The notes below the pieces were generated by a model, which was given only the letters and a program-made list of their open reading frames with translations, searched no databases and was not told where the DNA came from. A stretch of DNA of 64,000 nt. Source: Neoconidiobolus thromboides FSU 785. Its lineage: Eukaryota; Fungi; Entomophthoromycota. The position numbers and the translations under genes were made by a program. Where the stretch lies: assembly GCA_025603075.1 (NCBI GenBank), contig MU626351.1:1-64000 (forward strand). Reading direction: 5' to 3'. Below, piece after piece: positions 50,115 through 62,592 of this stretch (its first letter is position 1; each line of letters begins with the position of its first letter).

Positions 50115-51652
50115 ATATGTTCATTTTAAAAACTTATTAAAATCGTTGCTATTTTTTGTACTTGATATTTGTACTATCTAATCTTATAAACATTTTCAAA
50201 TAAAATGTATAGGATTTCAACGGCTAGTAATATAAAGTTTTACTTGGAAGTGCTGTAAATGCTAAGTGTTTAATAAAACAGGATACAGTTATTTTAAAAA
50301 TACAAAATAAAGATAGCATCTGTTATATAAAAATAATATAGAATATACCAGACATTTTTGTAGTATTAATAATAGTAAAGTTTTATTCATTGACTTTCCA
50401 AACTAAACTGAGTATATTGAAATCAATAAACATATGACAAATTTGATATAGATTTCTAAATTGTTTACAAAATAACCAAAAGTATACATGATGATGGTAA
50501 ATTTTCTTTGTTGAATTATATGAAGAAGTTGTTTTGTAGCTCAATTGAATTTAACATACTTCAAAATACTAACAAATTTAAAATTGATTTTATTTACCTT
50601 TAATATACCTCTCACTTCAAAGCTAAGTTCTACTAGACACTTTTCTTTTTGTATGAATTTTGCTAACAAGTTAATCGAATTAAAAGTGCTAAACATATAC
50701 ATTTATCTTATTAAATTTTAGTTAATGAAATTCTTGATTTTCTAGTTCAGTATGATTGATAAACTTAACATTATAAGGTAATCTATAAAGTAATTGTACC
50801 TTTTTGATTTATATAAAAAATAGGCCATAGGTTACAATGGTAGCTTTTTTAAAATTTTATTCTTTTTTGTCTATAATTTTTCAATTCTCGACTATAAATA
50901 AATTCTATTCCAAACTATCAATAATAAGACATTAGCTGCTTTTTATCGGTTTAAATGGCTGTTCAAAAGATTAAAAAGCAACATAACGAGGAATATTGTT
51001 TGATTACTTATAATCACAATACTTTTGGATTGGAATTTATTTTTTTAATAATTGGATCCTATTTTATAAAAATCGGTTCTATGATTGCAGTTAATCACTC
51101 TCACCGCTTACATCACAAAAAAGATAAAGTTAATGAGCTACTTCATAATAAACTAGGAAAATAATGATCGAATTTCACCAGAATGATTTTTAAATCCATC
51201 CGTTTAATACGATTACTTGCCTTTTATAATGTATCTTAGATTTTGTATTGATAGATAATTTGTTTGGTTAGCTAGACTTCAATTTCTAATTTCCATTTTA
51301 TGTTACTTTGATACGAATATCATCACAAAAATGCACTTATTACTTTTTACTTTTTACTTTTTATAGGTACTTAAGCTTGATAAGTCTGAGTTGTTACCTG
51401 CGATTAAGTCTAGAAACGCGCTAAGAGTTTAGATAATCACTATCAATTGTGATTGTCCTATTATTTTGTTGTACTTTACTACTTCATTGTGCTCAGTTAT
51501 TAAATATATTTCAACAAAAACCATCAGAAAAATGTTTGTATTTAATAACTCGAAATTACTGTATTGCTAGCTCGAAGGCTTGTACATCTTTTTAAAAAAT
51601 TTCAATTAAAAATAAATCGGAATTATAAGTAATATATATCAAAATTCTTTAT

Positions 51653-52219
51653 TTAGAGATTAGAAAAAGCAGATAAACCAAGTGCTATAATAAAAGTAGT
51701 GGATAACATATAAACTGGTGAAGAAGTTAAAGAATTCGAAGAATTACCATGATCAGATTTAGAAGTCGAGTTAGTGGAATTTTTCTTTGCTGAGTTACTA
51801 GCCGACTTGGAATCGCCACTGGTAGAATTCGAAGAAGAATCTGAAGCGGAAGAAGTAACACTTGAACTACATGAAGATAGACAAGCTTTCATTTTATCAT
51901 TATCTTTATTATCTGGATCCGTTTGACATTTACTTACACAAGCAATATTCTTTCTAGCATCATCTTGAGTTTGTGTTTGAATACCATCACATTTATTTTG
52001 GCACACTACATTACCAAATCCACAATTGATTAAACATTTATCACGTTCGGATAATGGTACACTACTTTGTTGTGGGGTTGAAGCTGATGCGGATGTTGAG
52101 CCTGAGGGGCTCATTGCTCCAGACATAGATGCATTTGAGTTTGAAGAATCACCATTATTTTGTGCTAAACAAACAGATAATAAAATAGCACTCAAAGACA
52201 AAGAATTTATTTTAACCAT
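51653..52219 (-). CDS. Secreted Ser-rich, probably GPI-anchored cell-surface protein with four CX3C motifs
   Basis: Signal peptide; CLINC, CQNKC, CVSKC, CLSSC; Ser/Thr stalk; omega-like NSS followed by a hydrophobic tail. Confidence 0.82.
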   Translation of the reverse strand: MVKINSLSLSAILLSVCLAQNNGDSSNSNASMSGAMSPSGSTSASASTPQQSSVPLSERDKCLINCGFGNVVCQNKCDGIQTQTQDDARKNIACVSKCQTDPDNKDNDKMKACLSSCSSSVTSSASDSSSNSTSGDSKSASNSAKKNSTNSTSKSDHGNSSNSLTSSPVYMLSTTFIIALGLSAFSNL

Positions 52220-52722
52220 TATTTAATTTTTTTAGGATAGTATAGTAATCAATTTATAATATTATAATTATTATGATAAAAAATAAAGTAGTATGAGTTT
52301 ATTTATATATACTTTTTGCTTTTTTATTATAATAATTAAATTTACATGTTTATCATTACCAAACAAAAATTATCCTATTTTCATCTACTTTTAACCGCCA
52401 ATACTGAATTGGAATTCCAGTTCTCTGCTTTAAAATAAACGGTATTGGAACTATTATTAAATTAAAAACGTTTGAGATTGTTAACTATGAAAATTTGTTA
52501 TTTTAATGTTAATATAATTTTGATAGTTATTAATAGTTATTATTCATCTCAATAAAGTAAATTATTGTAATTGTTTATAGTTATGACTTAGCTTTTTAGT
52601 TAGCAAATGTCAACTAATTAATTATCATCAAATGTATCAATTAATACTTTAGATTTGTCATTCGCTTTTTTGTGATAAAAATTATATTATTAAAATTCTA
52701 GAGGTGATAGATATTAACATAT

Positions 52723-52820
52723 GGGAGTGTTTTTTTGACTTCATTGTTTTTTCCATTTTTCAAGCAGTATTTAAGCGGAAAATTTGTTAGTAAAATTCTT
52801 AAACACAAAAATACATCCTC
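52723..52820 (-). mobile_element. ~98-bp MITE family copy
   Basis: GGGAGTG...CATCCTC flanked by ATAT/ATAT. Confidence 0.92.
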
Positions 52821-53645
52821 ATATATATATATTTCAAAATTCTAAAACAATTTTTGGGTAAATCTAATCTTTTTTTAAATAAAAGCTATCTTTATAAATG
52901 AGCATTATGGTTGACCAACCTCCAACAATTTCATAAATAGCAAATTTAGCTCAATTTAAAAACAATAATTAACCTTTAAAGTAGTAAACTGTTATAGAAA
53001 TGACAAACATTAGCAATGGCATTGTCCTATTTTATTATTGGGATATTGTTGTATGTCAATAAGCTAAGGATTTACAATGTACCAGCTATTTTCTTTGATT
53101 TATTAAATTTTCAAAGATTAACATTTAGTGCATATTTGTCGAATGGATAAATACGATAAACTGAGAAATCTAATCAAATTACTGGTAGATTTTCTTTTCT
53201 TACATAACATTTGTAGCCTAACTAAAGCTCCATTTTTCATTACCATTCACCTGTATAAGATATACCCTATTGTTTTAATAAGGTAGTACGTGTTAAAATA
53301 CTGGTAACGTTAGATGCATAAATAACTTTAGTCAAGAAATTGTTTTGTTCTCAAGTGGTTCAAATAGTACATAATTATACTATCATCATTTACACATTGA
53401 TTGTGATAAACATAAAATACATTCTGAATGAATATTGTGATAGTATTAGTACTTCCTATAGTAGTACTGTTTTTCATGATATCAGCTTATCCCAATCTGG
53501 GTAAGCCTCTACAACTATTTGGCCAATCATAGCTTAATTTGAACTACAACGTTCTATAGGAAATAATGTTTATAGGAATATAAAAATAAACAAAAGGGTA
53601 AAGCTAAGTTTTCTCCCTTTCTTTGTTTATTAAAGTTGTACTAAG

Positions 53646-54964
53646 ATGCCATTGAAATTTGAATTCTTATGTGAGATTTTATTAAAAAACATATTTAAAT
53701 TATTAGATCCAACTGATGTATATAATTTATAATTTTTAAGTAAATACTTAATGTCACAAATAAAGTTGTCAGACATAGCTCAACTTACTCAGTTTATAGC
53801 TTTGGTGGATATTGAGACTATCAAGAAAGTTTTATTGAAGAAAACGGGCTATTAGTGAAACATTTGAATATAGATAATAATATCTGGAACATTCAAACTA
53901 CTGCCCGAATATAGTTTCTATAGGTTGTAGATGAATAGGACTGTATGAAAATAATATTTCAAATCAATTGAGTTGTCAAAGTTGGAAAGAATGACACTAA
54001 CGACAACTAATGATATGCGACTTTTTTATGACCTAGAACTATTTTATAGCCCAGAACTAATTGGAATACTTAAGAATTGTTTATATCAACTCGAAGCATT
54101 TAAAGTTATCGGGGATTACATTAGTGTTAATATAGTTAAACGTTTAAATCCAAATAAACTGAGATTGTTTGGAATATGCTCTAATAAAGGCTTAGACTTT
54201 AGTGGACTATATACTGTTAAATTGGAGTTTACCAAAAATATTATGTATACAATCCAATTTTTTTTGGTAATTGGTGTGAAAGCAGTTCCAATTCCAGTAC
54301 AAAATTTAGCTTCAGCTTAAAATTAAAAACCAAAGGGGGCATTGAATATTCTAGTCTTAAATACTTTAGAGATTTAAAGCAATTAAGAAATGTAAGGTTG
54401 CTAAACACCTCGAACGCATTTGTTTACTTCGATAAGGGATCAAACAAAGAGCTTTTATTAATTGAACCTAATACAGGATTTAATAATGGTGATAACGCAG
54501 ACAAGAAAACTAATAAAACGAAGTTGCTATTAGATAGTAATATTACACCTATAGGCTATCTTAACTCAACGCGCTCAATTAGCTATAGTTTTTTGAAACT
54601 ATCCACCTTTAAAAAAGTCCATTTTTGAAATTTATTAAAATATCTATTGAATTTAATTTCTATGTTACCCAATATCCAAACAACTCATTTTAATGACCTA
54701 CACTTTGATAGTGATTTGGTGTACTGTGAATTTAGCTAGGTAGGAGAAACTATGGTTATGATTTATACCCCACTCAAAGAGTTTCTATGCTTTCTATCCC
54801 TTTTCCTAAATTTTGAAGTAGTTAAAATTGAAAAAACTCATTTAATGACTATGGTTGTAGATATTGATCGGGAGCTTGCTACTCCTTTTTTACTTGTTGT
54901 ACTTACCAAATATCGTATGAATGCCTTTTTTAGGAAATTGAAGATAATCCCAATGTTACCCTAG
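53646..54964 (+). pseudogene. F-box/LRR(RNI-like) protein pseudogene, paralogue of 469-2340
   Basis: MPLKFEFLCEILLKNIFKLLDPTDVYNL*FLSK, ENGLLVKHLNID, YCPNIVSIG, LNPNKLRLFGI, FLNFEVVKIE; several stops and frameshifts explain the three short ORFs in the track. Confidence 0.75.
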
Positions 54965-55735
54965 CCAAAAGTATATTAGTTAAGTAATTATAGCTGTTAG
55001 TAAAAAATCACACTTTTATGATATTTTATATTTCATCATTTTTAGTTTGTTTATATTTTAATTAACTCTTCTCTACTCTTTATTAAATCAGCAGTAATTT
55101 ATTGTCGAGAAAAAACAAGAAGCTGGGTGAAGATCAAAAGTCTAGCTAGCACAAGAAATCAATCATATAGTATCATCAACTAATTAATTGAGAATATTTC
55201 AAAGTCATAGGTCAGGCGCTTTGATAATACAGATCTAACTTTAAACTTCCAGTAATGATAATGATTCTACATTCATTAGAAATCAAAAAAATATACTCAA
55301 TTACTAAGATTCTAGATGAAGAAATAAGATTTAAACTATTAAAATTCCTAAATTAAAAGCTGGTATTTATAATTCAATACTGATATTCAATCAATGTATT
55401 TCCTCCAAATAAGAGTGCATTATAATATCCAAGTGCCAGGTCCAAAAGTACAAAAATAGACATCTTGGGGAAAAAGCATGATGTCTAACTTGTTCAAAGG
55501 TATTTACTCAGAAAATTCAAATAACAGTTAAGAAAAAACGATGCTTTATGGTATTAAAGTTATTTGTATAATACAAAAAAGGTGGGGCTAGTTGGCTGTA
55601 TTAAAACTCAAATCAATAAAGCTGAGTCTAAATTTTACCAAATATTAATTAACATACATATTAAACGCACATATCAAACACCCATGTAACTTCATATATA
55701 ACCAAATTTAAATATATAAGCCTGTCAAAAAATAT

Positions 55736-55834
55736 GGGGATATTTTTTTTGGCTTCATTACTTTTTACATCTTTTAAGCGCTATTTGAGCGAAAAGATTG
55801 TTAGTAAAACCCTTAAACACAAAAGTATATCTCC
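55736..55834 (-). mobile_element. ~98-bp MITE family copy
   Basis: GGGGATA...TATCTCC with TTTTAAGCGCTATTTGAGCGAAAAG core; flanks ATAT/AAAC. Confidence 0.88.
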
Positions 55835-58800
55835 AAACAATACATTTCTAATCTCTGTTACTAAAAATAATGATTTTTTAGATTAAAATATTTCATTTTT
55901 AATGTATTTGACGTAATACCAATAAATACTATATTATAGTAGCACTGTCAATTGCTATATGAGTGGTTTTTAATTTTTCCAAGATCGATGGTAAGTAGCA
56001 TCAAGACAATAATCTTTCTTCTTACAGCATAACTAAAATCAAACAACACACTATAAAACCTGAAATATGATACCTATAAGCAAGGTGTTTGAATGAATTA
56101 TTTAATAATTTATAAATCGTTATCGTTTTATTATCCTTAAAAAAAGGCAGTTTTCATTAACTTCTATCTTATTTGTTACTTTTAATAAATACATTTTGAA
56201 CATGTTTTCAGAAAATACCATTAGTATTGATTTAATTTAATATTGTAAAACTAACCATATATGAATATTAATATTCTTGCAATTTTTCAAACTAACTTAG
56301 AGCTAGCTTTTAAAGTTAAATTATCAACTTGGTTTTTAAAATTATAACTATTTAAAGGGGTTCTATTATATTGTTTTATTTGTATGTTAAGACCAATTAT
56401 AGATATGAGGGCTTCTATCTTCTATTGCTGATAATTAGTAGAAATCCCCATAAATTCACATTTAAAATCAAAATTCAAGTAATGACACAAAATAATAGTG
56501 GTGTTTAACATGCGAATTTATCATCTTTAAGTTAATGTATAAGTTTTAGCAGTTAAATAATAAATACCCCTTTATTTTTGGTTATATCGTTAAGTCTTCA
56601 AAAGATCTAAAAAGGAATTTACTTTATTTATAAATTTTAAATAAAAGTATCCGAAATGAAACAATAAAGATCGGATAAGAATAGTATTATAGTATTGGAG
56701 ACTTAATAAAAAGTTAACTGTAGCACCCTTAGCCCATCTCGCTGAAATTATATGTAATCACCCAACCTTCATAATCGACACACCCACCCTAAAAATGAAA
56801 ACTTTAATTTGAAAGTTTTAAGAACATACCACATTTTTTAATTTATGCTTTGGTATAATATCACACAAACTATAGCTTTTCAGAAAATGCTATTTTTTAA
56901 TGTTGATTCACGTTGTTGGGGCTTTAAAACCTAAACTTAAATTTAGTCAAAGTACTTTTAAATAGAATGTTTTTTCTGGATTTTTACTTTTATTTATCAA
57001 ATCTTTTAACACAAAAATGCCTTCACCCACTCATTATTCTACTTTATTGAAGTGTTTAGGTGCGTTGCATTTTCATTATTTTTAAAATCAAATGCATTTA
57101 TACTTTCCAGTGGGGAGTTTTGTAAGTCAATTTTAAAAGTACCACAAATGTTTCAAACAAGAGTTACATCTATTATTTATTTTTAAATATAACATTATGC
57201 CAATGCAAAAATTTACACTTGATAATTTTACTTTTACACTTTACACTAAAAAAGATTTTAGTTTTAAAAGTGGAAGTTAGCTAAGAGTAGCTATAAATAT
57301 TCCAGTTATGCTAATACACGTCAATTTTAAATTACTAATATTTCTTCTAAATAGATAATAAAACCACTTAGTTACTTGATTTTTATATAAGGTTTCACTC
57401 TTTAAAGTTCATCACTTAAGTTATCGAAAAGTATAATTCTAGACTATTATACTATGTAAAGTTTCTATATTATCAATTTTAGTATACTAAAAATGCTTAA
57501 ATGAAAGTATCAAGAAACAAAAACTATAATTTAATGCCAAAAATGTCTATTCAGTTATTTTAAGCTTATTTATTTAAAATCAATAAATATAAAATAAGAT
57601 AGCATATTATTAAGCTCCTAAGAATTTTATACCCATCTCTTCAAAAATCGCATTTTCTTCACTATTATGGTGATAATATTTCTAATTGAGGTTATATACG
57701 CTTGGTAGAATAAGAGGTAATTACATTAAGTCATTCTAAAGGAAGTAAAATATAAAAGGAATATTTAATATTATTAATAGTGCAAAGAATAACTTTACAT
57801 GTATTTAAATGCAATGAGACAACATCGTGAAATGAATTTGACCTCACTTTGATTTGCTAAATCTTTAATGAGTTATATTAGAGTTAATAGTTAAATTGAT
57901 AAAGCGCACTAATTATTTTAAGGTATTAGTAAAATGTGCCAATGTATAGTGGGTTCTATTTGTTATTAAAGCTATAAATAGAAGATTGTTAATTTTCAGT
58001 AAATTAATAATTTAATCATAACTAAAGGACTGATGTAAGATTGAAGCTTAATGTGGTATTTTAGAAACATTATAATTATTTTATATACTTAAAATATTAA
58101 TGAGATAGCAATGTTTGTTAATCACTATTAATTAACTAAATTAAAGCCTAAAGAACAGAATTTTAATGTAGCAATAGTAAAGATTCAAATGAACTTATAG
58201 TAATTTATATTGTATTAAAATGACTTAGTTATTTACTAAGAGCAATAAAATCATATATTAATCAAACTACAACGTACAAAGTTTGACCTAGACTTAATAG
58301 CATATCAAGTAATAAAATACTGTGCCTATACTACTAAATTGAGTGTATAAAATATAGAATTTTCTTAATAACTAATCATCTTTACTAAGTGGAACTTGAA
58401 TTTAAAGCTCAAATTCAAATTTCAGGTTTATAGCTCAATTTATATATTTTTATTAAAATTTAATATATTAATATGTTAATATATTCCTACAAGCATTTAT
58501 TATGTATGCTTTTATGAAGATAATAGATTGTATAATATTCTCTTCTACTATGGTTCAAGAAAGGATTTTTACATTTGCTAATGAACTCATTGATTTAATT
58601 GATTGGTTCAATAATAAAAATGAAAATCTTATAAATAAGCGTAGTTGGTTAAACGTTCTATAAATAAATAATTACACCGAAAGGGATAATTTGATCCAAT
58701 TAATCACAGGTGAATTAGAGTGAAATTTTGAATTCCCTTTTTTGTAAAATAAATAAAATATTGAGTAAAAAAAGTAATGTTAAAGGGGATGTAATACTGA

Positions 58801-60083
58801 GGTCTCACTTGTCAAAGGAAAATTAGTTGCTTATTTGTAATAGAATCAAAGAATGATGGGATCAAAGAAAATCAATTTATCATAATGAAATATTGTAACT
58901 TAATCTCAATTTTATGAATTTTATAATTGTATTTTGTAATTTTAGCTCATAATAAAACATGCTTGAAATATGTATCTATATTGAGGAGAAAAAAGTAAAG
59001 TTATTTAGGTATTAACAAAATCGACTTTTTTTATGTATTAAATGGCAGATTGATAACCGTAAAAACATTGAACTAATTAAAATATGAAAGGGGGGTATAT
59101 AACATTCATATGCATTGTGAAAACATAAAATAGACGGAAAAAACCTAAATTTGAGTTGTGGCGAAAATTCATTACTTTCAATAATATTTTATTCTTTCAT
59201 GGCTATACCACCCAACAAAAACCCACATTACTGATGGGAAATATTGAGCATTAATTGTCGAATTTTATAAAATAAATTGTTTAAACAAATACTGAAAAGC
59301 CTGTTTTATAAATACATTAAATATTAAATAGTTTGAAATAGAGAAAAAAGTGAAATGTACCACTTTGATGCAGATCAAAATATTCCATTAACTAGTCTTA
59401 TGATACAGCTTTCATTTGAGCATAATTCTAAATTAAATATAAATAGAATGATTTGTAAGAATTGAACAGCATATATTCATATATTAGGACTGAGTGCAAT
59501 AAAATATGGAATGTTATGGCCTAATATAGCTAAAATAACTTGCTTAAATCTTAAGTTATGCCAAAAATAGTTAGAACTTGAAAAAGATCTTATGGTCATA
59601 ATAAATATGTGAGATAAGGATCAAATAAGAAATCAAAATTATGTCTGCTCCATAATACACTCCCTTTTTTATTTATATTCCAAAATCATACTAAAAAATG
59701 AAAATTTGACCAAAATGATTCGCTTATGAATCGTCCCTTTAATTCTGTACTTTTTTGAAAAGCCATCCCCCAAAGTAGCCTGCTGAGATTAGTATTTAAG
59801 CATTTCTTGATTGTTCTTGCTTTTTTCAATTTAGCTTTTTTGATTTTACAAATTTTTGTGTTATACAATTTATCAACAGTTGCTAATTTTCAACTAAAAA
59901 TAACTGGCTTTTATTTATTTACAAAACTTCTTTCTCGAATTAAGAGGACAACTTTAACACCGTTATTATCACCTTGTTAGCATAAATTTATATAACTTGA
60001 TCTAACTTGTTAGTAAAGCAATTTAAGAATCTACTTAAACACCCAGTATATACAACAACCAACATACAACAAAGCAATAAACT

Positions 60084-61782
60084 ATGTCTTATTCGAAAGA
60101 GCATCAAACCTCGCAATCAGGTTTCCAATACAATGGACACAACTTCAATAATCCTGTCCAATACAATCATCTTATGGCACATAATACCTTTAATTCTTTT
60201 GATAATAGACAAACAGCTTATATCAAAGGTGAGAATTCAATGTATCCTCCTCATCAAGGTCAGAATATGATTAATGCTAGTACCAACTTATCCCAGCAAC
60301 GTCAAGAGTTACCTATGAGTATGTCAGAACAGAACAATGAGTTTAATATGCCCAGATATATTCCGCATAGCTTCCATAACCAGCAAATGATGGACCAAAC
60401 ACATCCACAGACCCCTGCTCCCCCCACCACTTTTCATACTTTACCATCTCATCAAAATACCCAGATTCAATATCGCGAGGCAGCGGAAGCAAAATATACC
60501 TCAGCTGGTGCCGGCTCGCCAGATAATTCGATGCACTATGCTTCGTAAGATCAATGTTTATTATTACTCTATGTAACTAAATAAATCATTCTAGGAGTTT
60601 ACGTTTTCAAGTCATCTTGGAAGCTCAAACAGCTGCTGCTCAAAAATCTGAGGATGCACCTTTAACCTACCTCAACAAAGGTAAACTAAACTAAACTAAA
60701 CTATTTTTACGAAAAAAAATATTAACAAAAGTTTTTTAGGTCAATATTACCCAATCAATTTTTATGATCGTGAAAAATACGATGGGGAAATTACATCCAC
60801 CATCGTCATCATGTTTTACGATGAGGCTCATCGTCGTATGGCTGGAACTTATTGGGGATTTTGGCTTAGCCAGCAGCCATCTCCGCGTGGCGCCAGAGCA
60901 TTGATCATGGATAAAGGTGGTTCAAATGGTGCTTATGATACTAATCTAAAGCATTTTGACAGAGTTACCTTTACTTGGAATGGCCAGAAGGGAGCTAGAA
61001 TTTTGTTAAGATTCAACTGCTTATCAACTGACTTTTCACGTATTAAAGGTGTTAAAGGAATCCCTATGAAAGTACATGTCACTCATAGATTTAGTCAAAA
61101 AGGGGCTGTTATTGAAAGGTCATTTGCAAAAATTAAACTGTTTAGAGATAAAGGTGCTGAGAGAAAAAATAAGGATGATCAAAGACATCTTGAAAAAATT
61201 TGGGAAAAAATGAAAGGTAAAAGTATGGAAGATAATCCATTTATTGCTATGTACTCTCCAGTCAGCCAAGTTACTGAGTTTCGTGAGTGCCTTTATACTA
61301 ACGAAGTTGGAGAATCCGAAAAAGAATATACATTTCCACCAACTGAAGAAGAGATTGAAGCTCAATCTCAACTGCAAATTGGCCAAATGCTCGAAAATGG
61401 TATGATTAAAGAACGTCGTTTTGACACACTAGCTGGGACCGAAATACCTGATTTGATTGATGTTGATCCAACATATATCCCACATCTTCGTAAACCAAAG
61501 CCGTTATTGTGTATTTTTGTAAAACTTTTAAATGAAAGTGTTTATCGTGCAATTTACTTGGAAAGATTGAATGTACAGGAGTTGATAGACAAACTTGCAG
61601 CTAAATTACAGCTACAACCTTCAGCAATTACTGGAATTGCTAGACTTACCCAAAAAGGTATCAGAATTCACGTTGATGATTCCATGGTAGCTCAAATGAC
61701 AGATGAAATGGACATGGTCGTTGAATGCTCCTTCACTCCAGATTCTGGGAGTGCCAAAATGACTTTAATATTAAATTATTGA
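60084..61782 (+). CDS. Grainyhead/CP2-family transcription factor, three exons
   Basis: Q/N-rich exon 60084-60544; exon 2 SLRFQVILEAQTAAAQKSEDAPLTYLNK|GQYY; RFNCLSTDFSRIKGVKGIPM; KIKLFRDKGAERK; C-terminal YRAIYLERL..ELIDKL..VDDSMV domain. Confidence 0.92.
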
Positions 61783-62539
61783 CTCAAAGGCTTCTAAAGT
61801 TCATTTAAATACCTTAATGTATCTCAAACAAAATTGAAGCTTTTTCTTTTAGAAAAGTTTTGCTTAAAATTTTTATTGGTATTTTGCTCACATTTCCCAA
61901 TCAAAACTTATTTAATATCTTTTACCCTACCAGTGGAATTTCAAATAAAATATTGCTCTTTTAAATATGTATTAATTTGACATTTATACACTATATTAAT
62001 TTATTATACTCGTTTTAGTCATTTTAAAGAAGCTTTCTTTTTTTATTTGTAGGACTTTAGATTAACTGACACAACTGTAGCTTTAGCTTTTAAATAATGC
62101 CTTTTTGTACATAGTTTAGAAACAAGACAAGTATGATCTCTTATAATGTATGAAATTACTAGATTATGTTTGTAAATATTTTTAATATATTATAGTTTAA
62201 TATGATCTATTGTTATTTAAGCAGGCTTATCAAATATAAAATATTTTAATATAAGTTGTGTGATAGTAGGAATTTAACGATGATGTGTTATTTTTCTAAA
62301 GTTGCTATTTTTAAATATTTTATTTTCAGTTTTTTGATAGTTTTCTTATGATGTAAAATCATGTTAAAAAATACCTGCTTTGTCCTATGTGGTTGAGATT
62401 ACAAATAGCTAAATGAATTCATCTAATCTTTAGAATTTTAGATGATTACAACTATTATATACTATGTTGTATCATAAATAATTGAATTTTTGATTATAAA
62501 TATAACCTTAAACTTAAAAGCCCGTTCTTATAAAAAGTA

Positions 62540-62592
62540 GACAGTTTTAATTTTACAGTTTTAATTTTATAGTTCTAATTTTATAGTTTTAA
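62540..62592 (+). repeat. Short degenerate tandem repeat (about 4 x 14-15 bp, A(C/T)AGTTTTAATTTT)
   Basis: ACAGTTTTAATTTT ACAGTTTTAATTTT ATAGTTCTAATTTTT ATAGTTTTAAT. Confidence 0.7.

Noticed and set aside
28897-50124. Short ORFs 28897-29079, 30587-30817, 30780-31070, 39816-40001 and 49900-50124 sharing FLxSLFPFFKRY-like peptides
   Set aside because: They are translations of or across MITE copies, not a gene family.
52900-53560. Minus-strand YPFDKY motif suggesting a DUF4436-like relic
   Set aside because: A single hexapeptide amid many stops; no colinear support.
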